This document shows, in pieces, positions 40,735 to 50,348 of a DNA stretch of 64,000 nt. The stretch's first letter is position 1, and every line of letters begins with the position of its first letter. The DNA comes from Chloroflexota bacterium (GTDB taxonomy: Bacteria; Chloroflexota; Dehalococcoidia; Lucifugimonadales; UBA3495): contig JAQBVF010000005.1 in NCBI GenBank assembly GCA_027623675.1, positions 1 through 64,000 of the forward strand, read 5' to 3'. The notes beneath the pieces are model-generated. The model worked only from the letters and a program-made list of their open reading frames with translations, had not been told where the DNA came from and made no database searches. A program made the position numbers and the translations under genes.

Positions 40735-40974
40735 TTACTTAAAGAACTCTCGGTTCATCTTGATGTACTCGCGCCATGCGGAAGGAACGGTAAACTCATC
40801 GAATATGGCGTTTACCGGGCAAACGGAGACACAGTAGGAGCAATCGATGCACGTGGCGGGGTCGATGAAATACTGGGTCGCATCGGGCTTGGTGGAGATG
40901 CAGTCTACAGGGCAGACCTCAGTGCAGGAGGCGTCTTTTACCCCGTTACAGGGTTCTGTAATGATGAATGGCAT
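40735..40974 (-). CDS. ferredoxin, FdxA-like dicluster
   Basis: C..VKDASC.EVCPVDCI and CIDCSYCVSVCP. Confidence 0.92.
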   Translation of the reverse strand: MPFIITEPCNGVKDASCTEVCPVDCISTKPDATQYFIDPATCIDCSYCVSVCPVNAIFDEFTVPSAWREYIKMNREFFK

Positions 40975-41142
40975 TCGATTCTCGTAATGGGAATCTGACG
41001 ATTGGGCCGACTGATTTAGCCGCAATAACCATCGGCGAAGTGCCGTTGGGCTATTCTATTCTCAAATCACCCCTTTATTTTGTCAAGGGATAGTATATGA
41101 TATATTATATTGTACGATAAGTGGTGTTCGATAGGGGGTTGA

Positions 41143-42102
41143 ATGGAACTACGGGAACTCATTAGCTTTTACCATGTTGCCAGGGTGCGCAGTGTTTCAA
41201 AGGCAGCAAGGACCTTGGAATTGGGTCAGCCGACGGTCACGACACACCTTCGCAAATTGGAAGATGAGTTCGGTATCACTCTATTCGACCGCATCAAGCG
41301 CCCGATTCAGTTGACCTCTGAAGGAGTCACCCTGCTGGAGTTGGTGACCCCGGTTGTCACTTCAGTCGACGCCTTGAAAACCCAGATGGACTACGCCGAG
41401 CGGCGGGGTTCATTCGTGGTCGGCGCCTATCCGGACCTGGTCACCCATCATCTGCCTCAGGGTATCCAGAGGTTCAGAGAAGACTACCCGGAAGTGCGCA
41501 TCCGGCTGCTCGCCCGTTCGTATAACCCCCTGATTCAATTGGTCCGGTCCGGCGAGATTGACCTGGCATTCTGTTCATCGCCGCCAGCCGATGATTCAAG
41601 CCTGGAATTCAAGGAACTTTTTAAGTACAACACGGTTCTTTTGACGCCGCCGGGGCATGAATTGTTGCACGGCGAACCCATCAAGCTGGAAGACCTGGCC
41701 TCGCTGCCCTTGATCTTGACCGCACCCGAGAGTCAGCTTCGCCAGCGAGTGGAGCAGGCCTTTAAGAACAAAGGACTTGTGCCCGACGTGGTCCTGGCGC
41801 TGGACGATACCGTGTCCATGAAGCGCTATGTTGAGATTGGAATGGGTGTCGCCATCGGCAGCGACTTCACCTTGCATTCAGAAGACCACGACCGGTTTGG
41901 CGTCGTTCGCCTCGACCACATGTTCCCGAGTTCGGTCATCGGCGTTTGCACGCTGAAGGGGAAGTTCGCCGGTCAAGCAGTGCGCAACTTCATCGAGATG
42001 ATGTCCGACCAGATCCGGAACTTCCACGACAACCTTTGGCCCCTGGAAGTAACGAATGGCGTGGGGGCCGGGTTGGCCGAAGTGGGCTCCACAGAAGACT
42101 AG
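41143..42102 (+). CDS. LysR-family transcriptional regulator
   Basis: N-terminal HTH (SVSKAARTLELGQPTVT..LFDR) plus substrate-binding domain; divergent from the ferredoxin gene. Confidence 0.93.
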   Translation: MELRELISFYHVARVRSVSKAARTLELGQPTVTTHLRKLEDEFGITLFDRIKRPIQLTSEGVTLLELVTPVVTSVDALKTQMDYAERRGSFVVGAYPDLVTHHLPQGIQRFREDYPEVRIRLLARSYNPLIQLVRSGEIDLAFCSSPPADDSSLEFKELFKYNTVLLTPPGHELLHGEPIKLEDLASLPLILTAPESQLRQRVEQAFKNKGLVPDVVLALDDTVSMKRYVEIGMGVAIGSDFTLHSEDHDRFGVVRLDHMFPSSVIGVCTLKGKFAGQAVRNFIEMMSDQIRNFHDNLWPLEVTNGVGAGLAEVGSTED

Positions 42103-42141
42103 AGAAGAGGACTAGAGAAGAGGACTAGAGAAAAAGACTAG
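42097..42141. repeat. 13-bp tandem repeat spanning the LysR stop codon
   Basis: GACTAGAGAAGAG twice, then GACTAGAGAAAAA, then GACTAG. Confidence 0.8.
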
Positions 42142-42153
42142 GCTGCTGAAGCT

Positions 42154-42372
42154 CTATTCTTTAGCACCCAGATCCGTGGAGTTCCGGTCCGGCCGGTCCA
42201 CGCTTTTCAGTCGCCGGGCCAACTGCGATCTAGCCAGTAGCACGTACCGCCCACATTCTTGGCAGGTCATGCCGATGTCCGCGCCCAGTCTGTTGACCGT
42301 CCAAAGCGACCCGCCGCAGGGATGGGGCTTCTTCATTCGGAGGACGTCGCCGATCTTCAGGTCCAGCGGCAT
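42154..42372 (-). CDS. DUF951 family protein
   Basis: GDVLRMKKPHPCGG..W...R.GADI...C..CGR. Confidence 0.9.
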   Translation of the reverse strand: MPLDLKIGDVLRMKKPHPCGGSLWTVNRLGADIGMTCQECGRYVLLARSQLARRLKSVDRPDRNSTDLGAKE

Positions 42373-42375
42373 CTC

Positions 42376-43215
42376 TTAACTTCCGAATCCCTTGCCGGCG
42401 GCATCAAGCACCTGGTTGATACTCTCCCGGAGTTTGTCCGCCTCGCGGGCCGCTGCCTCGGCGAAATCGGACCCGCTGGAGGCGTAGATGATCCCGCGGG
42501 AAGAATTTATCAACGCGGCCCTTCCCCGGCTGTTCGTGCCAAAACTCACCGCCGCTTCCAGGTCGCCTCCCTGCGCTCCAACTCCCGGTATCAGCAGGGG
42601 CATTTCGGGGCACTCCGCCCGGACTTCCCGCAACTGTTCCGGCACGGTCGCGCCGACCACCAAACCCAGGTTTCCCTTGGTGTCCCATCCCCGGCAGGCG
42701 ATGGCCATGTTCCGGTACAGGGGCATCTGCCCCGCGTCCGTCACGGTCTGAACATCTTGGAAATCGGCCGAGCCCGGATTGGACCCGCGGCACCAGACAA
42801 AGACACCCTTTGCTTCGTCTTCTAGAAACGGTGTTACGGTATCCTGGCCGCCCCAGGCATTGATGGTGATGGCGTCGAAACCCCACACATCGAATAAGGC
42901 TGTGGCGTAAGCTTGGGCGGATGGGCCGATATCCCCCCGTTTGGCGTCGCCGATGATGATGACGCCCGGCGCCGCGCTCCGGATGTGGGCGATGGTCTTC
43001 TCCAGGTCTCGCAGGCCGGGCAGCCCCAAAGCTTCATAGAAGGCCAGGTTGGGTTTGTAGGCGCAGACCAGCGAGGCGGTGGCGTCAACTATGGCCCGGT
43101 TGAACTCGTAAACACCGGGCGCCGGCATCCGGGACGGATCGGGGTCCAATCCCACGCAGACCAAGCTCTGGGCCGCCTGGGATGCCATTTCCAACCGGTC
43201 GGTAAAGCCGCTCAT
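42376..43215 (-). CDS. pyrF: orotidine-5'-phosphate decarboxylase
   Basis: CVGLDP, YKPNLAFYEA, DAKRGDIG, LIPGVGAQGG, NSSRGI; AAGGAG before ATG 43215. Confidence 0.96.
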   Translation of the reverse strand: MSGFTDRLEMASQAAQSLVCVGLDPDPSRMPAPGVYEFNRAIVDATASLVCAYKPNLAFYEALGLPGLRDLEKTIAHIRSAAPGVIIIGDAKRGDIGPSAQAYATALFDVWGFDAITINAWGGQDTVTPFLEDEAKGVFVWCRGSNPGSADFQDVQTVTDAGQMPLYRNMAIACRGWDTKGNLGLVVGATVPEQLREVRAECPEMPLLIPGVGAQGGDLEAAVSFGTNSRGRAALINSSRGIIYASSGSDFAEAAAREADKLRESINQVLDAAGKGFGS

Positions 43216-43365
43216 CGCGCTCCTTGTTCCTCCAAGATATTCGCCTTCGCCAAGTGCGAAAAGTATACACGACACCGTTTCCGGCGCCGCTGCCCTCCGC
43301 GCTTTCGTATTGCCGCGATTCCACGGGGTTGTTACCATATCCCACGCTGAAGCAGGAGGGTGACA

Positions 43366-44094
43366 TTGGACCTGGGAACCGATCTGGTCGAGGGAATTTT
43401 TCTCGAGCGGGTGAACCGTTTCCTGGCCCTAGTTGAAGTCGGCGGACTGGAAGTTGGGGTGCACGTCGCCAACTCGGGCCGGATGAAAGAGTTGTTCATC
43501 CCCGGTTGCCGGGTGTTCGTGCGCCCCGTCGCCGGCGCCCACCGTAAGACCAAGTTCGACCTGGCCCTGGTGGACATGGGCCACGCGCTGGCGTCCTCCG
43601 ACGCCCGGACGCCCAACCCCTTGGTGGCTGAGGGCGTGGCCACCGGTCATCTGGACCGATTCGCCGGGTTCTCAGACATTCGGATGGAGGTCACCTTTGG
43701 CGACAGCCGGTTCGACCTCATGCTCCGCAACCCGTCTATCCAGGGTCCTGCCGGCACGTGCTATATCGAGGCCAAGTCTGTAACCCTCGTCGAGAAGGGT
43801 ATCGGCCTGTTCCCCGATTCCCCCACCATCAGGGGCGCCAAGCATCTCCACACGTTGGAGACGGTGGTCCAAGCTGGACACCGGGCCGCGGTGGTGTTCG
43901 TGATCCAAAGACCAGATGCCACCGCCTTCGCCACCAACGACCCGGCGGACCCTGTCTTGGCCCAGGCTTTCCAGTCGGCGTTGTCGGCTGGCGTCGAGGC
44001 CTACGCCTACAACTGCCAGGTGACCGAGAGAGTCCTGCGGCTGGACAAGCCACTCCCGATCCTGGACTACACGAAGGCCCTGGGAAATGCTTAA
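43366..44094 (+). CDS. sfsA: DNA/RNA nuclease SfsA
   Basis: RVNRF, HVANSGRMKEL, SRFD, EAKSVTL, FPDSPT.RGAKHL; TTG 43366 (or GTG 43360) after AGGAGG. Confidence 0.93.
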   Translation: MDLGTDLVEGIFLERVNRFLALVEVGGLEVGVHVANSGRMKELFIPGCRVFVRPVAGAHRKTKFDLALVDMGHALASSDARTPNPLVAEGVATGHLDRFAGFSDIRMEVTFGDSRFDLMLRNPSIQGPAGTCYIEAKSVTLVEKGIGLFPDSPTIRGAKHLHTLETVVQAGHRAAVVFVIQRPDATAFATNDPADPVLAQAFQSALSAGVEAYAYNCQVTERVLRLDKPLPILDYTKALGNA

Positions 44095-44797
44095 CGGAAA
44101 CCCTGCCAGCGCCGGGATCACCGCCAGGCTATTTGACATCTATGACCGGTTCCATGCGGCATACGGGCCGCAGAATTGGTGGCCCGGCGACGGCCCTTTT
44201 GAAGTGATCGCCGGCGCCATACTGACCCAGTCGGCCGCCTGGACCAACGTGGAGATGGCCCTGAAAAACATGCGGGCGGCGGGCTGTTGGTCGTTTGAGG
44301 CCGTGCACCGGACCCCCGAAGCCGAGCTGGCCCAGTTGGTGCGGTCGTCGGGCTACTTCAATGCCAAGGCCCGCAAACTGAAGGCCTTCGCCGACCATGT
44401 GATGGCCAACTACCAGGGAAACCTGGACCGGTTCCTGTCTGAACCCCAAGGCCCCCTGCGCGACGAACTGCTCTCCATCCACGGCATCGGCGAGGAAACG
44501 GCTGACGACATCATGGTCTACGCCGCGGGCCAGGCGTCTTTCGTCATTGACACCTACACCCGACGGATCATGGACCGCATGGACCTGACGCCGGTGGCCG
44601 CCCGTCCCAAGTACGCCGACTACCAGGCCGTCTTCCACATCAACCTGCCGGCCGATACCCAACTGTTCAACGAGTTCCACGCCCTGTGGGACCGCCACGC
44701 CAAAGAGGCCTGCACCAAAACCTCCCCCCGCTGCCAGGGTTGCTGCCTCTTGGACATCTGCCCCACCGGAGCCTCCCGCCCCCAAGCCGAGGGCTGA
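44087..44797 (+). CDS. endonuclease III-like HhH-GPD protein
   Basis: GPQNWWP, GAILTQSAAWTNVE, GIGEETAD, C-terminal C-x6-C-x2-C Fe-S-type motif. Confidence 0.9.
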   Translation: MLNGNPASAGITARLFDIYDRFHAAYGPQNWWPGDGPFEVIAGAILTQSAAWTNVEMALKNMRAAGCWSFEAVHRTPEAELAQLVRSSGYFNAKARKLKAFADHVMANYQGNLDRFLSEPQGPLRDELLSIHGIGEETADDIMVYAAGQASFVIDTYTRRIMDRMDLTPVAARPKYADYQAVFHINLPADTQLFNEFHALWDRHAKEACTKTSPRCQGCCLLDICPTGASRPQAEG

Positions 44798-44874
44798 AAG
44801 CTAAATTGACGCCTGATGCGCCCAGGGCTATGATGCGCCAATCACCCTGATTCCCTGCACCCAACGGAGGCCCA

Positions 44875-45225
44875 ATGCAAGTAGTCCGCATCTACAGTGG
44901 AGACGACGGCGAGTCCCATTTCCAAGAGATCGACCTGCCCTTCGAGAGATTGGCTGAGGCCGAGCGCACGGCCCTTGAGAATGCTGAAAGCATCCATTTC
45001 CGCCGCTACCAGCCGGGCGGATTCCTGGAATGGCACACCGCGCCCCGCCGCCAATACGTGATAACTCTGGAAGGCCAGGTTGAAGTCGGCCTGGGCGACG
45101 GCACCAAGCGTGTCTTCAGCGCCGGCGATGTGATCTTGGCCGACGACCTGACCGGCCACGGGCACACCACGGCGGTCCACGGCGGCAAGGTCCGCGTCTC
45201 GGTGGCTATTCCCCTAGCTGACTAA
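44875..45225 (+). CDS. cupin domain protein
   Basis: WHTAPRRQYVITLEG..DDLTGHGH. Confidence 0.85.
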   Translation: MQVVRIYSGDDGESHFQEIDLPFERLAEAERTALENAESIHFRRYQPGGFLEWHTAPRRQYVITLEGQVEVGLGDGTKRVFSAGDVILADDLTGHGHTTAVHGGKVRVSVAIPLAD

Positions 45226-45256
45226 ACAACTTATCAACGAAAAAAAGAGATCAACC

Positions 45257-46066
45257 ATGCCATTTGCCAAGATTGACGACACGCTTGAGATGTACTACGA
45301 GGACGATAACTTCTGCGATCCCTGGCGTAAGCCAGAGACCGTGGTGCTGCATCACGGCAATGCCAAGAACGCCCGGTTGTGGTACGCCTGGGTGCCGCTG
45401 CTGTCCCGCCAGTACCGTGTGGTCCGCCTGGACGCCCGCGGCTTCGGCCGGTCCTCCGTTCCGCCCGAGGGTTACGACTGGTCGCTCAGCAACTTCGGCG
45501 CCGATCTGCTGCGCTTGCTGGACCTGCTGGAAGTGGACAAGGTCCATTACATCGGCGAGACCATCGGCGGGACGATCGGGCTGCAGTTCGCCTACGACCA
45601 TCCGGAGCGGGTGCAGACCCTGACGGCCTGCACGTCGCCTTTTAACTTCGCCGGCGTTGACACCTACAAGGACCACTACAAGCTGGTCAGCGAAGCGGGG
45701 GTTGCCGCCTGGGTCCAGAAAACCGCCGAGCGCAGGTTGGAACCTGGAAAGTCGGACCCGGCCCACCACCAGTGGTACATCGAGCAGATGTCCCAGACCG
45801 AGAAGAGGGTGGTGTTGGAAACCCTGGCCTACCTGGTCACCCAAGACCTGACCGACCTGCTGCCCCAGATCAAAACCCCCACCTTGGTGTTGGCCTCGGA
45901 ACAGAACGCCAGGGACAACCCGGACCGCACCAAGCTCTTCGCCGAGAAGCTGGCCGATGGCCGGTTGGTGGCCATTCCCGGCACCAGCGGCTACGTGCAG
46001 CACTCCGCCCCCGAAGAATGTGTCCTAGCTTGGCGTCAATTCCTGGGCGAGATCAGCGGCAGGTAG
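45257..46066 (+). CDS. alpha/beta hydrolase fold protein
   Basis: LHHGNA, DARGFGRS; GETIGG at the nucleophile elbow (no canonical Ser). Confidence 0.85.
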   Translation: MPFAKIDDTLEMYYEDDNFCDPWRKPETVVLHHGNAKNARLWYAWVPLLSRQYRVVRLDARGFGRSSVPPEGYDWSLSNFGADLLRLLDLLEVDKVHYIGETIGGTIGLQFAYDHPERVQTLTACTSPFNFAGVDTYKDHYKLVSEAGVAAWVQKTAERRLEPGKSDPAHHQWYIEQMSQTEKRVVLETLAYLVTQDLTDLLPQIKTPTLVLASEQNARDNPDRTKLFAEKLADGRLVAIPGTSGYVQHSAPEECVLAWRQFLGEISGR

Positions 46067-46093
46067 GTCAGCCGCCTTCCTCAATCGAATTAA

Positions 46094-46129
46094 AAAGTCC
46101 CCTACCCCATGCGTGGGGGAGGGGACTTT
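46094..46129. terminator. probable bidirectional terminator hairpin
   Basis: AAAGTCCCCT.CCCCA-TGCG-TGGGG.AGGGGACTTT downstream of the hydrolase gene. Confidence 0.6.
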
Positions 46130-46224
46130 CTTCGCCATGGGTGGACTCAAGGATGGAGTCGGTGAAGCGGCTTTCCAGGAAGGGGAATCGGTCGGGCCGA
46201 GGCCCATGTTCAGGCAGGTCCCGG
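46116..46224. repeat. degenerate direct repeat of 46656-46763 (SDR 3' end plus downstream DNA)
   Basis: Hand alignment gives about 85 of 109 identical positions with one gap. Confidence 0.8.
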
Positions 46225-46266
46225 CCCTTCGATCGTCAAGCCGTCATGTCGTTCGCCGAGCCTCGG

Positions 46267-46341
46267 CTATGCATTCACCAGGTAGATGTAGGTTGCCATG
46301 ACGATGATTCCCAACGAAACTCCCTTCGATATAGTACGCAT
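46267..46341 (-). CDS. putative 24-aa hydrophobic small protein
   Basis: MRTISKGVSLGIIVMATYIYLVNA*, preceded by GGAGGGGG RBS; below the ORF-track size cut-off. Confidence 0.4.
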   Translation of the reverse strand: MRTISKGVSLGIIVMATYIYLVNA

Positions 46342-46713
46342 CAGCTTCCCCCTCCGCGAGGCGGGTCCATCGCTCGTCGCGGCGCTCTCAGATATTCTAT
46401 TCAGCACCGCGATGATATCTTGGCAATGTCAATCGGACGTCAATCGCCTGTCATGACTTCGTAAGAAAAACCGATTTTCAGCTTCGAAATGGCCCGGCCC
46501 AAATAACTAGACTCTGTCCCCCGGGGGGCAACAGTACTCCAAATCTAACGCCCCGACACATACTTTGCCGAGCGCCGGTTCTATCGAGCGTTCTCGGCGA
46601 TGCCTGGCAACCACCCCGATGCATCGGAGACCCTAACCCTCGCCTAGGCGCATTTGGGGAGGGGATTCCTTCGGGATGGACGGACTCAGGGATGGGCTCA
46701 GTGAAGCGGCTCC

Positions 46714-47490
46714 CTAGAAAAGGGAACGGGACTGGCCGCCGTCCACGTTCAGGCAGGTGCCGGTGATCAGGTTGGCGTTCTCGGAAGCCAAGAAGGCGAC
46801 GGTGTCCCCGATGGGCTCGGGCCAGCCAAACTTGCCGGCGGGCAGGTTCCGGTCGATGAAATCTGCAACCTGTTCCGGTGTGCTGTTCTTCTGGAACCGG
46901 TCCCAACTGCTGCCCGGGAAGTCGATGGAGCCGGGGGCGATGCAGTTGACCAGCACGTTCTCCTTCATCAGATTCAGCGCCAGATGCTTGGAGAAAGCGA
47001 TCAATGCCGCCTTGCCGGTCATGTAGTCGACGGAGCCGCCGTACTCCCGGCCGTAGATGGACGAGATGCTGATGATTCGGCCCCAGCGCTGTTCCCGCAT
47101 GTGGGGCAGCACCAAGGAGATCAACTCCACGGGGCTCATCAAGTTGAATTCTATGCCCTCGCGGAAGGTTGCCACGCCGGTCTCCTGGAAGTCGGCGCCA
47201 CCCTTGCGTCCGCCGGCGTTATTCACCAAGATGTCGGCTTGGCCCAGGGTTTTGATCGTCTCATCGTGGAACCGGACGAGGTCCTCTTTCTTCATGACGT
47301 CGGCCTGTACCGCCAGTACCTCGTATCCCTTGCCCGCGAGTTCGGCGGCGGTTTCGTCCAACTGCTCTTTGCCCCGGGCGCAGATCGAGACCTTGCAGCC
47401 CTCTCTCCCCAGAGCCTCCGCTGCCTGCTTGCCCAGTCCGTGACTGCCTCCGGTGATCATTGCGACTTTGCCTTGCAGCGCCAAGTCCAT
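46714..47490 (-). CDS. SDR family oxidoreductase
   Basis: TGGSHGLG, NNAG, YMTGK. Confidence 0.92.
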   Translation of the reverse strand: MDLALQGKVAMITGGSHGLGKQAAEALGREGCKVSICARGKEQLDETAAELAGKGYEVLAVQADVMKKEDLVRFHDETIKTLGQADILVNNAGGRKGGADFQETGVATFREGIEFNLMSPVELISLVLPHMREQRWGRIISISSIYGREYGGSVDYMTGKAALIAFSKHLALNLMKENVLVNCIAPGSIDFPGSSWDRFQKNSTPEQVADFIDRNLPAGKFGWPEPIGDTVAFLASENANLITGTCLNVDGGQSRSLF

Positions 47491-47710
47491 TGCCGCCTCC
47501 TGTAATGCTTGCTGAATCGTTTGGTTTCTGGTTGTTTATCCCGGCCACCCGGTGCATCCGCCAGCCACCGGCGGTCAGGGCACAGGGATTATAGATGCAG
47601 CAAGCGCCTGTTGCACGCACCCGTTGAACGCGCCACTCGGGCCAGAGATTCCGCGCCGGGCCGGTGGGCTATAATTGGCCGCAGATATTTGCGGGGGTAC
47701 AAGAATCCGT

Positions 47711-48916
47711 ATGCTAGCGCTCGAAGGCATCAAGGTATTGGATTTCTGCCGTAACGCGCCAGGCATGTTTTGCACCATGATTCTGGCTGACCTGGGCGCT
47801 GAGGTCCTGATGATCGAGCGGCCCATGGACGAGGCCCGTTCCGCCTACGAAAAGATAGTCGCCGGCATCGACGGCCCGGAAGACGAACGCCGTCACGCCG
47901 CGTTCAACGCACTGCAGCGAAACAAACGCAGCATCGCCCTCAACCTCAAGGAACCCGAAGCTCAACAGATATTCCACAAGCTGGCCGAAACCGCCGACGT
48001 AGTGGTGGAAGGGTTCCGCCCTGGCGTCATGGACCGTCTGGGTGCGGGGTATGAGCAGGTCAAAGCCATCAATCCCAGGACGGTGTATTGCTCGGTGTCC
48101 GGTTACGGCCAGGACGGCCCCTACGCTCAGATGGCCGGACATGACATAAACTACATCTCTTTCGCCGGCGCCCTGGGACTGATCGGTCCCGAAAACGGCA
48201 GGCCGTCGATACCGCTGAACCTCATCGCCGACTACGCTGGGGGCGGCCTGTGCGGCGCGGTAGGCATCCTGGCGGCCCTGACGGCGCGGAACAAGACCGG
48301 CGTTGGCCAGTACGTGGACATCGCGATGAGCGAGGGCGTGCTCTACATGCTTTCGGGACTGATAACCGATGTGCAGTCGCAGGGGACATCGGCAGCGAGA
48401 GGCGGCAACCGGCTGAACGGCGGAGCGCCCTACTACAATGTTTACCAGACCAAAGATGGCAAGCATTTCTCCATCGCGGCGATCGAGCCGTGGTTTTGGG
48501 AGAACCTGTGCCAGGCCCTGGATCTGCCCGGTTTGCTGCCCCACCAAAACGCCACGGGCGCGAAGAAGGCCGAGGTTGAAGCGGCGCTGGCGGCCGCCTT
48601 CTTGACCAGGACCAGGGATGATTGGTTCGAGTTGCTGAAGGAAAAGAACATCTCGGTGGGCAAGGTCTACTCGCTGGAAGAGGCGTTGGATGACCCCCAC
48701 GCCCGGCACCGGAACATGGTGGTGGAGCTGGAATCCCCCGACGTTCCCGGGGGCAAAGTGCGGCAGGTGGCGACGCCGATCCATCTGTCGGAGACCCCCG
48801 GCAAGGTGCGGCATCTCGGCTCGGTAACCGGACAGCACACCTGGGAGGTGCTCAAGGAATTAGGGTTCGACGCGGCCGCCGCCGCCGATCTGTCTCGCCG
48901 CCAGGTAGTACAGTAG
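47711..48916 (+). CDS. CaiB/BaiF class III CoA-transferase (AMACR-like)
   Basis: LADLGAEV, RNKRSIALNLK, EGFRPGVMDRLG, GHDINY. Confidence 0.93.
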   Translation: MLALEGIKVLDFCRNAPGMFCTMILADLGAEVLMIERPMDEARSAYEKIVAGIDGPEDERRHAAFNALQRNKRSIALNLKEPEAQQIFHKLAETADVVVEGFRPGVMDRLGAGYEQVKAINPRTVYCSVSGYGQDGPYAQMAGHDINYISFAGALGLIGPENGRPSIPLNLIADYAGGGLCGAVGILAALTARNKTGVGQYVDIAMSEGVLYMLSGLITDVQSQGTSAARGGNRLNGGAPYYNVYQTKDGKHFSIAAIEPWFWENLCQALDLPGLLPHQNATGAKKAEVEAALAAAFLTRTRDDWFELLKEKNISVGKVYSLEEALDDPHARHRNMVVELESPDVPGGKVRQVATPIHLSETPGKVRHLGSVTGQHTWEVLKELGFDAAAAADLSRRQVVQ

Positions 48917-49139
48917 GGCCTTTCAGTCTGTCTGCCAGGCTGCCCGCTTGGGACACGAAAACAGGCTCCGGGCATGCTATACTAATCCGGCTCAAAAATG
49001 CCCTATCCGGCGACAGAGCACGTCCGGCAAACCGCAGTAGGTAGATAACACGCCAGGTCTATTATCAAGATAAGACCGGCAATCAAACCCGCTTAACCGG
49101 GCCGGTGGAGCCGGTCCCATCAAGCTTCAGGGAAATCAG

Positions 49140-50285
49140 ATGATTAAGCGTTTCTCAGTTCTATACGTCGGCCAGATCGATCTGGAAGACGTGGGCGCCG
49201 GAGGCCGCGCGCCAGACGACCGCCGCTACTCCAACGAGCAGTTGGCCCAGGCCTACGACCACGCTTTGGCCCTGGCCAAGCAGATGGACACCTCTGGGTT
49301 TCACACTCTGTGGATGGCCGAGCACCACTTCCAGACGGAAGGCTACGAGTGCATCCCAAATCTTACACTGCTGGGTACCCACTTGGCGGCGCATACCAAG
49401 AACCTAAAGTTCGGCGCGTCGTTCAACATCGTGCCCATGTGGCATCCGCTGCGCCTGGCCGAAGACTTTGCCATGGGGGATATCCTGACCGGCGGCAGGC
49501 TGGTCTTTGGCATCGGCCGCGGCTATCAGGCCAGGGAGGTCGAGACCTTTGGGTCTCCGCTCATTGACCAGGACGCCAACCGGGAGTTATTCGAAGAACA
49601 GGTTGAGATTATCCTCAAGGCTTTCAACGAGGAGAATTTCAGCCATCACGGCAAACACTACGACATCCCGCCCGACGTCCCATACCGGGGTTACCAATTG
49701 AAGACCATCACCGTGGTGCCCAGGCCCATCCACAGGCCGGTGGAGATCTGGCAGCCGATGACCAGCGGCCGCAGCATCGAATTCATCGCCAAGAAGGGCA
49801 TCAAAGGCATGACTGCCCTCAGCGGCGAGAAGGTTGTGGAGCAATTCTTCAACACCTACCGGGACGCTGCTGAAGCGGCGGGCCGGAGCCTAACTCTCGG
49901 GCAGGATATGTCCCTGGGATTCGGTTTTTATATCGCCGACACCCAGGAAGAGGCCATCGAACGGGTACGCCCGTTCCACGACGAGCGCTACAAGTGGTTC
50001 GCGCCCTTCGGCTTGGTCCGCTATGTCGACGAGCAAGGCCGCATGTGGGGCAGCCCCGGAGCGCCCGCCCGCACTCCCCAGGTGGAAGACGGCGTGCAGC
50101 AGAAAGCTTGGATCTGCGGTCCTCCAGAGCATTTCATCGAAACCCTGCGGGAGATGGAGGAGAAATACCCCGGCCTGGAAGATGTCTTCCTGCAGTGGCC
50201 TGAGGGTATGCCCTGGAGCGAGCTTAGCTCCCAACTTGAGATATTCTCCCGGGAAGTTATGCCGGCGTTCGCAAACCGGGCCTAA
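49140..50285 (+). CDS. LLM-class flavin-dependent oxidoreductase
   Basis: WMAEHHF, WHPLRLAEDFA..GRLVFGIGRGY. Confidence 0.92.
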   Translation: MIKRFSVLYVGQIDLEDVGAGGRAPDDRRYSNEQLAQAYDHALALAKQMDTSGFHTLWMAEHHFQTEGYECIPNLTLLGTHLAAHTKNLKFGASFNIVPMWHPLRLAEDFAMGDILTGGRLVFGIGRGYQAREVETFGSPLIDQDANRELFEEQVEIILKAFNEENFSHHGKHYDIPPDVPYRGYQLKTITVVPRPIHRPVEIWQPMTSGRSIEFIAKKGIKGMTALSGEKVVEQFFNTYRDAAEAAGRSLTLGQDMSLGFGFYIADTQEEAIERVRPFHDERYKWFAPFGLVRYVDEQGRMWGSPGAPARTPQVEDGVQQKAWICGPPEHFIETLREMEEKYPGLEDVFLQWPEGMPWSELSSQLEIFSREVMPAFANRA

Positions 50286-50348
50286 CCGGGGCCCGGCGGC
50301 CGGCTCAAACACGAGCTTAAGAAGAAGCACCGATCGGAGGGCACGCCT

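Noticed and set aside
43216..43350. Second PyrR site upstream of pyrF
   Set aside because: No GTCC.G.GAGG binding-loop consensus and no terminator in the leader.
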